From: the human T2T-CHM13v2.0 reference genome, Homo sapiens
NCBI RefSeq assembly: GCF_009914755.1
Contig: NC_060927.1
DNA length: 64,000 nt
Direction: 5' to 3' (one strand)
Shown here: positions 51,317 to 64,000 of the stretch, piece by piece
How the letters are laid out: every line of letters starts with the position of its first letter
Position numbering within the stretch: position 1 is the first letter of the stretch
Translations under genes and position numbers: made by a program
Notes under the pieces: model-generated
Database searches by the model: none
What the model was told of the DNA's origin: nothing
Seen by the model: the letters and a program-made list of their open reading frames with translations, nothing else

Positions 51317-53873
51317 AGGATTAACTGAGAAGGATCATCGCAAATTACTCTTTATCCGTTCAGACACGGCCACTCTTTATCCTTCTTTATATAGTTTTTA
51401 AAGACTCTACAAAGGAATGTCATAATCTGAACAAAATTTACAAAGTAAAGATGCTACAAAATCAATACTGACAAACCATATTCTGAACAATAGTTCACAT
51501 AAATGTATTGACAATAATCAAACTCATCCATCATAATCCATACATTTTGCCCACTAAAAAGAAAAAAAACCCCACAAAATCCTTCATGTCTTACAAATAT
51601 GTTCAATTCACATTTTAACAATCGGTAGCTCTTTAAATTTTTTCTTCCTCTCCCTTCTCTTTTTTAATAAATTGTACCAATTGTGTCTGCCATTGAGCTT
51701 CTTCATGAGTTGGTCTATGAATATTTTTTCCAAAAATGCAGTGTAGTACTTTGGGAAAATAATTTCCGAAAAAATGGCTTTTGTCTCTACGTCATAACCA
51801 CTGCCATCCAGCGTGTCTGCATTTCTTTTATTTAGTGCATTAACAAGAATCTGCATTATATGACTTTAATCAATATGCATGATGGGATATGTATATAATA
51901 AGACACAGCATTGTTATTTTGTGTTTCTTTACCAAACAGTAAGCATTCAGCATAAAGACTTGTTAGTACAGTAAACATAACTTGAAGGATAGTTACCAAA
52001 ATATTGAAAGAAAGTGAATGCTGTAATAGCTTTAGTCATTTCTCCATTTTATCTATTTTTGTGACTTAGAGAAAATAATTATTGGCTTTTACATTGCAGT
52101 ATACACTATCATAATTTTGCATAATCACTTTTGCGGAATGAGCAATTAGAAATCCAAATAAACATTTCAGATTAACTTTTGGCTTCATAAATATTTCAAT
52201 ATATGTCTTTGGTATTTCTGAAATTAATTTAAAACATAACTTGGAGGCATCATCATTCAATTTAATAGTTATTATTCAGGGATTAGTTAGAATTATATTT
52301 AATTATTAACACTGAAACAAGTACTACAGAACGTGGGACAATAAATACAGACAATTTTCAAGCATAGTGTAATTTATAACTGTGATACAATATTCTTTAA
52401 CTTGGCATGCTTACATTATTTAAAACATTTTTAAAAAGCATCACTCAATGCCAGATTCCCCTTTGAACAAGTATAAATATGTGGTAGAAAGATCTACACA
52501 AGGCTTTAGGCCAGATTTTCTCCCTTATGTATTCAATTTAGATGTGTTTACATCCAGGCTTGATGTTTGGTCAGTTTTTCAGTGAGAAGCACTCTCTTCT
52601 AGATAATAAAATTTGATAAAACAGCCATAAAACTTGAAAAATGCCATTCTGGTGGTCCCATAAATGTAAAATTGCTGGTAGAGTTGGGGGATTTATACCT
52701 AGTGTTTGTCCCTTCACAGAGGCAAACATGCAAAAAGCCACTGTAATAACCCTTCAAAATCAGATAATATTCTGACAGCTCAGTTTTACTAACAAAAGAG
52801 TCCTGGGCAGAAGCCAGGAGGCCCAGGTGCGCTGTGTCACGCCAGTATTTAATGTAGTCTAATATCAGATAGATGCCAGTGAGAGAAAATACTCAGAATA
52901 AAGTATAGATAATAGCATGGACAGCCACTCATTGCAAAATTACTTGTGCTCATCATGCTGTGAGCTTTGTATTAAATTCTTCTGTCAAGTGGTAGGAATC
53001 ATAGGGAGAAGTACCTCAGAAAACCTTCCTTGCAACCTTGGATAAGGATCTATAATATTAGGCTTTCATATGATAATGGCAAATGATGCCCTTTTTGAAA
53101 AATTGCTGACTGGTAATGAAAGTCCTAATCAGATTTTGTTGCAGAGGACCAGGAGGTGGGGGAACTATGCCTGTAACATCCTTCCTCCTCCACCCCTTTA
53201 GCAAATGTAGCAAACTTGACAACAGCAGTGAGTCTGAGAGAATTTATCTTACATGAATTTCCAACAAAGCCTGTGGGGTTGTTTTATAAAATGAGAAGGT
53301 GGTGGTTTAATAAATGCTGGGCCACCTGAGGCACTTTCATTAAAGGCTTTTTCTAGACAAAATCACACTGTTTGCATTTTCCTCCTGTGCTCCCTCGAGA
53401 ATATGAACATTACCTCTTCAGTGAGAGTGGATATTGTATGTGAAGGCATGAAGAAAGGTGATTTATCTTTTGATGCCCAAAATAACTGTTCGTAACACCA
53501 CTGTTGTTAGAATTAATATTCAAACACATTTACTGTCTTCTATTTGAATGCAAAATTGTAAAATAAAAAAATGAAGACACTTTGGAGGATTTATCAGTAA
53601 ATCTGACAAAGGTTAAACCTATGCCATTACTTCAACTATCAGTTTCAACTACAGTGATGTTCATTTGTTTGAAACTATAAAATAACTTTCAAAAATATTA
53701 AGGATCTACAAATGGTTTTGTTTTTTTAAATAACAAGCTTATCAGAAAACTGCAAGGAGTAGAGATGCCTGACAAAATATGTAAGTAGGTTGCTTCTATA
53801 AGTAATATGAAGCTGATTGTTAATAAATTTTTAATGTAATTTCTAACGTCAGTGAATGCATTTGCTAGTCCTA

Positions 53874-54119
<246 letters not shown>

Positions 54120-56911
54120 TCATCAGTGAATTTTAATTACAACAGGAACAACAAAAAGAAAACATTAAAACCAGAAACAGCTTTAATTTTTCTGAAAAGC
54201 AACAAAAAAAGCTTAAACAAACTCTTCTAGCAAATAACAGGCTTGTTGTCACTCTGCTATTTACTGGAAAAAATACCCCAAAAGCATTTTCTGCTTATTT
54301 CATTTGTTTTAAACCGCAGTGCTTTTATTCTGTTAAAGTTCATGATACCTATTTATTAAAGAAAAGTATTCCAATTATTTTTGCAATTAGCTTCACTAAA
54401 ACGTTATACTTAAACAAAAAATAGTAATTAAATGTTTGCATAATATAGCCAATGTTTGTTGCTTTTTCAAAAGAAGAGCTAAAGTTCTTAAGAAATTCAT
54501 GTTCTAAGAAAAATGAACAGTACTAATGGCACCCATATTTTAATTAAACATATATTTATAGTATACTTTGAAGACAGACTCAGGTGTATTCTCTTCAGGT
54601 GGTCTGAAATTGATCTAGCTCACATATTTAGGTCTGCCAAAAATTACTTACATCTCTTTTCTATCTCTAAATATTTGCTAGTTCTGGATACTTAACGTGA
54701 TCCCTCCAAGACTTCTGTTTTTTTTGGTGGTGGAAGAGGTAGATGTTTGGTTTTGGAGAAACAATAATCCCAGGTACCAGTGGGAATTGAATTTACTAAT
54801 TAGACATGGCGTATTTCAAAGCTCCCACGTTCTCTGGTGCCTTACATAGATGCTGTATTACAACACCTACAACATATTTAATCCATAATCCCAATGGAGA
54901 TATATTGGTCCTATGTTTGACTTTCACTGTTTTGGTTTCTAGAAATTCTAGTCACAAATCCAGAACTTTCTACTGTACCACAAGAAACTTCAAATGGACC
55001 GCGACAACATGTCTTTTGGCTATAAACAGAAGCCACATATAGTGCAATCAACACATTTAAAGATGATAACTGAAGCATATTAAATAATATACATTAACAC
55101 AGCCAAGTGAGAAGCAGTGTGATTGGATATTCATATTAACTTCAAGTCACATGACAAGCACCGTCATTCCCTGAAAAGACACTGCAATAAGCAGAGGCCA
55201 ATGCATGTTTAGTTAATTAAAATTATGAGCTCAAGGAAAACCAGAAGTGCCATTAAATTACAAAACAATAAAATTTTAAACCAACCTCTCTTTAGCTATG
55301 ATGGAGACTATTACAATTAAAGTTACATATCCATGAAAACAGAGAATTAGGGCTGAGACTGAACCCATTATTCATTCTACTGTGTAAGGCCATCCACTGC
55401 TCACAGACTCTGAGCTATAAGGTTGTTTACAGATGAATTTTCAATGTTATTTCTATGTTTCGTCCATTTAATAAACTGAAATATTTTCTAACGTATTCTC
55501 AAAGCAGTGGTTTGAGATACTTAATTTCACCATTTTTTACAGAAGGTTAAAAAATAAGGAGAAAACAAAAGCCGTATGTAAAGTTAGATGTTATTTATTT
55601 ATTAAGAAAGATAATTAGGTTTGCATAGTTTATTACATTCAGCAGCTACTAGAGGAATAAAAAACCATATTTGATTGAATGACATAAAATATAGGCCTGG
55701 CCAAAATAAATATATATTCTACAATAATAAGTTGAGAGATATTAGAAATCTTTTTCCTGTAACACATTCTTGATAAATAATATATAGAGATGACTTTATA
55801 ATGTAATTTACATTTTATCTGAATATATTCTACACTGATAAAAAATAATGGCCAATCCAATATGTGAAAAGACCATGGAAGACTACCAATGTGGTAGTTA
55901 TTAAATTAAGAAAAATAAAACAGTAAAATACCAGTAACTGACTTGTTGTGATGGCCTTTTCCTTCTCTGAAATGTATCTCTTTCTTGCTGATCATTTCAC
56001 TCTACTATTTAGATTTTCTTGGCTATCAAAAATATAAACACACAAAAATATGTATGGGAATGTATATATTAATTCTACAGAAATGAAAATCATGTGATAA
56101 ATAAGTCTTACATTTAAATTCTTTTCTTTCTTGAACTATTTACTTTCTAAACAGAATTGGGAAGAGGAGGAGATAAGTAAAAATATGTTGTAACATAAAG
56201 ATGAATATATGGTAATTAAAAATGGGTTACTAGCAATGAAAGTAAAAATATGAAAAGCACTTGGTTTAGCTTGCTCTCCCAATTATTATATTTAAAATGT
56301 TTACTGTAAGTATGGAACGTTTATGCTTGAAAATGTATGCACATTACATATACCGTCATATCTTCCCAATTAATATTCTAATTTGAGAGGACATAAAGAG
56401 AATGGGAATTAAGGAGAAATAGCCCATTTTCCAAAGGTCAAAGTGATCTACTTGGATATTTATGTATTTTCCCTACAGAATTTTTGTTTAAACAAGAGAA
56501 CTATCACAACAAATTTGATTTTGGTGAGGTTCTACACAAAAAATTAGAGTATACATTCAAAAACACAAACTTCATCTAATTGACTGTATGTATAGTTTAA
56601 AGAAATTATATCAATTTGTGTAATACGTATATTTGCTATGGCTATCCTAAAAAATGAGGTAGCTCCCTATCACTCATATTATGTAAGATTTATTAAATAA
56701 AAACTAAATAGAAGATTTAAAAAGCCTTGTCAAGGAAAAGGGAATAATCCAACTAAGTCATATTCTTGGACTGTCATTTCCTTAGGCAGCTAAAAAAAAA
56801 AAAAAACTGTAAGAATAGATGCTTTTCAAATAGGACGTAAGATCATAGGACAGAATCAGCAACAAACATATATACATTGAGTTTTCTTTCCCAGCTTGGC
56901 GAAAAGTGTTA

Positions 56912-57355
<444 letters not shown>

Positions 57356-58914
57356 TCAGCTTGTTATTTAAGACATAAAAGGACAAATTACCCAAGAAAT
57401 TCACAAGCATGCAGATTTGACCTTTACTTCTTTTGAGCTCATATGTTCAGAAAAACAACTGAATATCACAATATATTTAAGTTTGATTTTATATTGAGTT
57501 GCACTTCGCAACCAGAGGCTCCACCGGGTTACTTTCTGATTCAAGTTTAATAGAAATATAGTCAGTTATCTCTAAGCCTTCTTATGTTTTATCATTTGGA
57601 TTATGTTTCATGAAAAAAGGAAAAGTAATACTTGTTTTGAAAACATACACATATGTATCTGTCCTAAAGCATTTCAAATATTATCCATAGTTTATCATTA
57701 CTGAAGACAACTGACATTCATCCTGAAACACTTTGCTCCACAAACATCTGTTTCTTTCCCTTTTTTAAATCACCTCTCCTACTTTTTCAAGCAAATGAAG
57801 TCATTCATCTTCACTATAAAGAGTAAAATTTCATAAGATTTAAAAAAGCACACATTCAGCATATGACATAATTTCCTTTAGATTTTATTCTATTAAAAAA
57901 AAGCTATGGAAGCCAAGAGTAATTCTTCTCTGATTTATTCGCTATGAGTTTCATTAAAGATCATTAACTATTTTTAACACTATTGCATTTATTGTTATTC
58001 TATCTTTTTTAAAAATATATTTAAAGGTATTTTTTCTAAAGTCCTGGAATTAATTTAAGAACCAGAGTTGAGGACAAAATGAAGTAGTCTCCCAAAATAT
58101 AGGTAAACAGTTACCAATTAATTGGTTTCAACCAACTCTCTGCAGACATGAAGAATAACAACAGCTAGAAGCCATCCTTCCACTAACACCACTAGGGCTA
58201 TGATCCACAGTGAATAGATGACCGAGAAGGTATAGAGCATTTTGACTTTAGTAGGAAGCAAGATTCGTGGAAGGAAGTCATCCCCATGGGAGGAGAATGC
58301 TAAGAGAATAACTCTTAAATTAAAAGAGTGCCATCAAAAAAGGAAGACATGGTTGGATTTCTAGTTGGAGGAGTCCTTGGTCAGTGACTTGCTCAACAGT
58401 CCTAATATTCTCTAAGCAAGGTTAAAGAGATGACATATGGAGGACTTTCAGATGGAAAGGTCATTAAAACACCTCATCAAATTTTGCACTCCTGAGAAGT
58501 AAAGAGGATAGATTCTACACAAGCTGCCAAACTGAGCACTGGTATTGGAGAGCAGCTGAGATTAGGGTCTAGGGTCATCTGGTGACCCCCACAGCTTGGG
58601 AGGCTAGGAGAGATACAGCATGAATGTCATCAACTGGTAGTTTACCTGAAGATATGGATAAATCACTTAAGAACTGCAAATGCCTAGAGATGGTGCCCAG
58701 GATTGAGGCCTTCATCAGAGGGATAAGTGAATGTCGGCACCTCTCCTTTAGCACCCTTATGATACTCATAGAGTAAGATGAGATAAGAATAGCCTTTAGA
58801 GCTAACCAAGCAGAAGACTGGATCCTCATCTAGTTTTCCCTTTTCTCATTCCATCTTCCCTGCCTTAGCCCTAGGAGAATGCACCTGGCAGAGGCAGGTG
58901 GAGGGAGGTATTTA

Positions 58915-59319
<405 letters not shown>

Positions 59320-59523
59320 TTAATTACATGACATTAAATTCATAGAACTAGATTTTAACAGCAAGCAAACAAAACAAAACCATACAGGACCTGGTCAAGA
59401 TCTAAATAAAGTTAAAACCAGTAGGATCTGCTCCAAGATCTCTACTATAGAGAGGGAAAAATAACTTTGATATGGCACAGTTTTTAGGGTGGCATGGGAG
59501 TTTTTTGAAGAAAAACGTTTTCA

Positions 59524-59880
<357 letters not shown>

Positions 59881-60165
59881 TTAAAAATAACTGATTATTA
59901 AAAATATTGCAATTAACTCATTTAATGAGCACTTACTTTGTAGCTAAGCATATTTTATAAGATTTACTCATTTAATTCAATAACTTTTTGAGTTACTTTT
60001 TAAATGATCATTTTACAGGGGAGAATATTGAAATTCAGAGGGATTAAGGGTCTTACCAAAGTTGCCACAGATCACATGTATCAAATGCAGAATTTAAAAC
60101 CAAAGTTTATTTCCAAGGGCATGACCTTCCACACACATATATAAGTGTAAATATATTATATATAC

Positions 60166-60167
<2 letters not shown>

Positions 60168-60199
<32 letters not shown>
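60168..60199 (+). repeat. (TG)n microsatellite within a TA-rich patch
   Basis: Visible directly. Confidence 0.95.
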
Positions 60200-60202
<3 letters not shown>

Positions 60203-61827
60203 CATATAAGCTAGGAGAGATATGTGCCATATACAGATGTATTAAAAAACTAAGAAATAAAAGCTAATATATTACATTGAAAAAGTATGCATATACACAC
60301 ATATATGTAATTATATATTATTATGTGTATATATCTGTTATATATACACACAACATTCTTTAATATAATGCATTATTTTTCATTTCTGGGTGGTTTTTAA
60401 AGTGTCTGTGTGTGGCACTAGGAGAAATATGAAAAATGTGCCAAAGCTGAAGTTATTTAAGAGATTAAAATAGATAATTGTTTCAATATGGAGTGTTATA
60501 CACATAGGAGGAAAACCATTGTTTAATTTGGAATGCAATAAAATACCACACTTAAAAGTTAATTTACAGTCTTTGTCAGCATACAAACCCAAAATACCAC
60601 AAGAAACTTCTTCCTTCTTAAAGACATGTAAGACTTTTTAGCACAAAGGAGACTATTTTGACCATCAATAAAGAAAGATGCAGAATGGCCGACTTCACTA
60701 TGAAAGGATGCCAGCATTGTTGTGTTTGGATAATGCACATTCTGTAGAGCAAATACATCTTCATGTAAAACAAGGGCTGGCTTTTAACTACAACCACCCT
60801 TTACAAATATTGAAGAAAGACAGAAAAATTTATTCAAACCATCTGTAAATAAGGCAAGCCCAGGGAATGTGTGATAAACATGTACAGTTTGAAATATGTA
60901 ATACATTCTATTGGAAAACAAAAAGCCATTTCAAGATGCTGCACTCAAGTGGGACTTGTCGCAAATGAACCTCAACCCTCTAGATTTCTCCCCGAGGGGT
61001 TTCAATGTCTTCTGAAATAATGTATAAGTATATGACTGTGTATCGCAACACTCTAGTCTCCTGCAAGAATGATGCCTTCATAAACATGTTCAAGAGAAAA
61101 GCGGAATGATGTCATTAATTTATCAAAGTAGGTGTTTATACCATTCACCATATAGCATTTACCAGGCAAAAGACAAAGGAGAAAAATGCACACCTTTGAG
61201 ATTTTGTTCTAACACCAGTGTAGCTTCAGTTTCTTGTAAAAGTAACTATTACCTCAACTTATCTGTATTAATCAAACAAGTAAATGTTCATGTATTCCAT
61301 ATATGAACATAATTTTTACTTTTCTAGAGACTTTTACTATACTGCAATAAAGTTAAGTATACCAATCACTTTTTAAAACAACATATTTGAATAAGTTTAA
61401 TTATATTATTTTCCCAGCTATTGTTTGAAAAAAAGAGAAGACAAATTCCTATTATGTTGATCACCTAGTTTACCCAGTTTTAGACAAAAATGGAATACCC
61501 TAGAAGTTCATTATAATACCAAAATTGAAATATTCATAATAATGCAGGTCTTTAATGTTTATATAATTCGACTTGCAGTGTTATAATGGTTTAAGTTCAG
61601 TAATTTTATTAATGTATCACACTATCTGCACCCCTTATCAATAAATATAAATGTAATCAATGTATTTATTCTTTAAACATTTACTGTGAGCCTACCATGG
61701 TAAAGACTGCTAGATTTATACCAAAAAGATCACAGGCAAACAGAGCTTAGGTAACATGCTTTATGCTTTATGACAGGTAAGGATTCAATTTTAAGGTAAA
61801 CATACTTAATGTAAGCTACATATCTGG

Positions 61828-62383
61828 CCATGGCAGACTGTATTCTACAAAATGTCCATAGCAATATCTCCCATTCCAAATGCTATTCTGAAATGAGAAC
61901 TCGCCATTCTCCCATCAAGAGAGGTAGATGAGTTCAACACTCTCGAATCTGGATGGATTCTGTGATTGCTTTAATTCAATGTGGCAGAAGCAAGACTATG
62001 CACCAGTTCTAAATGTTAACTGGCCTGGCAACTTCCCCTTCCTGCCTTTTGGATGCCAGCTGCCATGAAAGAGTTGCCATTAACCTGAGACCCCATGTTA
62101 TGAGAAGTCCATACTATATGGTGAGACCTGGAGGATAAGACTCCATGTGGAAAGAGACAGAGGTCAAGGAGCACTGAGACATCAGACACATGAGTGAAGA
62201 AACTAACTTGGAAGTAGATCTTCCATCCCCAGCCAAGCAACTAAAGCCATATGGATTGGAGATGAATTGTCCAGCTGAATCCTTTCAGAATTCCTGACTC
62301 ATGGGATTGTGAATAAAATGATTAGATTACTTTAGGTCACTACATTTTGGAGTGGTTTGTTAGACAGCAATAGAAACAGGAAC
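61828..62383 (+). mobile_element. MLT1H/I-like MaLR LTR
   Basis: tggcagactgtattc...ctcccatcaagaga...ttttggagtggtttgttagacagcaatagaaacagga. Confidence 0.72.
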
Positions 62384-62384
62384 T

Positions 62385-63250
62385 CGGGCACTATGTTAGG
62401 AATTCAGCTAAATGAAATAGATATCCATGTCTAAAGGGACTTTAGTCTAGTGGAGGAGACAAATAATTAAATATGCAATGACAGAGGATATATAGAGTGT
62501 TGCGGGAACACATAAATATGGCTCCTATCCCAAAGTTGGGACATCAGGGAAAGATTTACTGAGGAGGATCTGCCATTTAATCTTGGATCTAAAGGATACA
62601 TAGGTGTTAGCTCCAAAAGGAGAGGAGAAAATGGTGTTCCAGGAAGATGGGAGAGCATGTGCAAAGATATTGAGGTGAGTGAGAATTGTGCTTATTCCAG
62701 GAACTAGAAGAAACTTAGAGTGAAGACATCACAGACATTGTTCGGGGAGTAGCAATGGGTAAGGATGGTAGGGCACACAGGGGTCAGATCACAAAGGGCT
62801 TTGATTGCTACATTAAGGAACCCTGCTTTTATTTTAAGAAAAATGGGAAGCCATTGAGAGATCTTAAGCAATGGAGAGACTTGATCAGTGTTTCAATTTA
62901 GGAAAATGCCTCTGCACAGTCTGCAGCAAGGAATTAGACTGAAGGAGGAGCAAGGCTGAAGCAACAAGACCACTTAGCAGAACATTACTGTAATGCAGGT
63001 GAGAGAAAACGGCTGTCGGAACTAGGAAAGTGCATTTATGGCTGGAGATATGTGTATCACTCAGAATGATATTTAGGCAGTAAAAACCTACAGGAATAAG
63101 TAGTTGGATATATGGGTCGGAAGCTCCAGAAAGAGATTTGTAGAGAAATAGCTATCTATATCTATGAGTGTACCATTAGGGAAATGGAAGAATGATAAGA
63201 ATCAGAAGTCATCTACTGATGGGGCAGACATTAGAATAGATCAAGGGATC
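62385..63250 (-). mobile_element. L2 fragment
   Basis: agtctagtggaggagac...gggagagcatgtgcaaag...aatgggaagccattgagagatcttaagca. Confidence 0.72.
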
Positions 63251-64000
63251 AAGAGGAGACTTCATTCAAATACTTAAGATGGAAATCACAACATTGTATA
63301 TAGTATCAAAAAAGGTAGATACAATTAAAATGGCCAATATTAAGGAGTTGGTTAAATAGAGTTACACACTTTACACAAGTGTCTAAATAAAAAGATAACA
63401 ACGTGAAAAAATGCTGTTCAGTGAAAAGAGTAGTTTATAAAATAATATTGGTGTATCATAAATCCAAGCAATATATAAGTAGAGAAGAAAGATTGAAAGG
63501 ATCTTTATTGAGGTCTTCACAGTGATTTTTTTGATTACATAGATCACTGGGACTTTTATATTTTCATTTTGTTTATATGTATTTTCAAAAATTTCTATAG
63601 TAAACATATAGAATATACATTAATCATAAAAAAGCAGTTAAAGCACTTTTTAAAAATGGGCTTTCACTTACTTTTTATTAGTGCCCAGTGTTATTTCCAG
63701 CAATGACCCTGGAAATAAAATCCATAATACCCTTACAGATTGAAAATCATACCTTTGAGAAAGGCTGAAAATAGTCAAATTGATTGTAAGTGCACATAGT
63801 TAATGTATTACCCAATTACATATATCTGCCTCAAGTTCTACAAGCATCCATTTGCCTGAAACAATAGACAGTAGGTCAACTCCAATTATTCCATAGTATC
63901 CGATTCCATTCATCAAATACTTTACTGAAGAAAGCTCTGTGGAACTCAATGACATGAACGAGATGAGTTCTGCCTTCAAAGAACTTTTAATTTAAATAGG

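Overview
Human genomic DNA (AT-rich, dense in Alu/L1/L2/MaLR/ERV1 repeats, and carrying an SVA_F-type element, a human-specific subfamily). The right half holds the last five exons and the 3' UTR of ROBO1 on the minus strand. Spliced by hand with canonical GT-AG sites and matching phases, they give the known ROBO1 cytoplasmic tail ending ...EELEETES*. The 3' end lies near 36524. About 8.3 kb further downstream, in the same orientation, is a two-LTR HERV-H (LTR7) provirus (19944-28209, TATAT target-site duplication). A full-length SVA_F (21185-23638, 14-15 bp TSD) has inserted in sense orientation into its integrase region. This nested LTR7-promoter/SVA/LTR7-poly(A) unit is the most interesting structure in the window. 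The left 19 kb is intergenic and rich in old ERV1 LTRs. It also contains local duplications and a perfect 44-bp palindrome. Nearly all ORFs in the supplied track are repeat-derived or spurious. Repeat subfamily names are from recalled consensus sequences and need RepeatMasker/Dfam confirmation.
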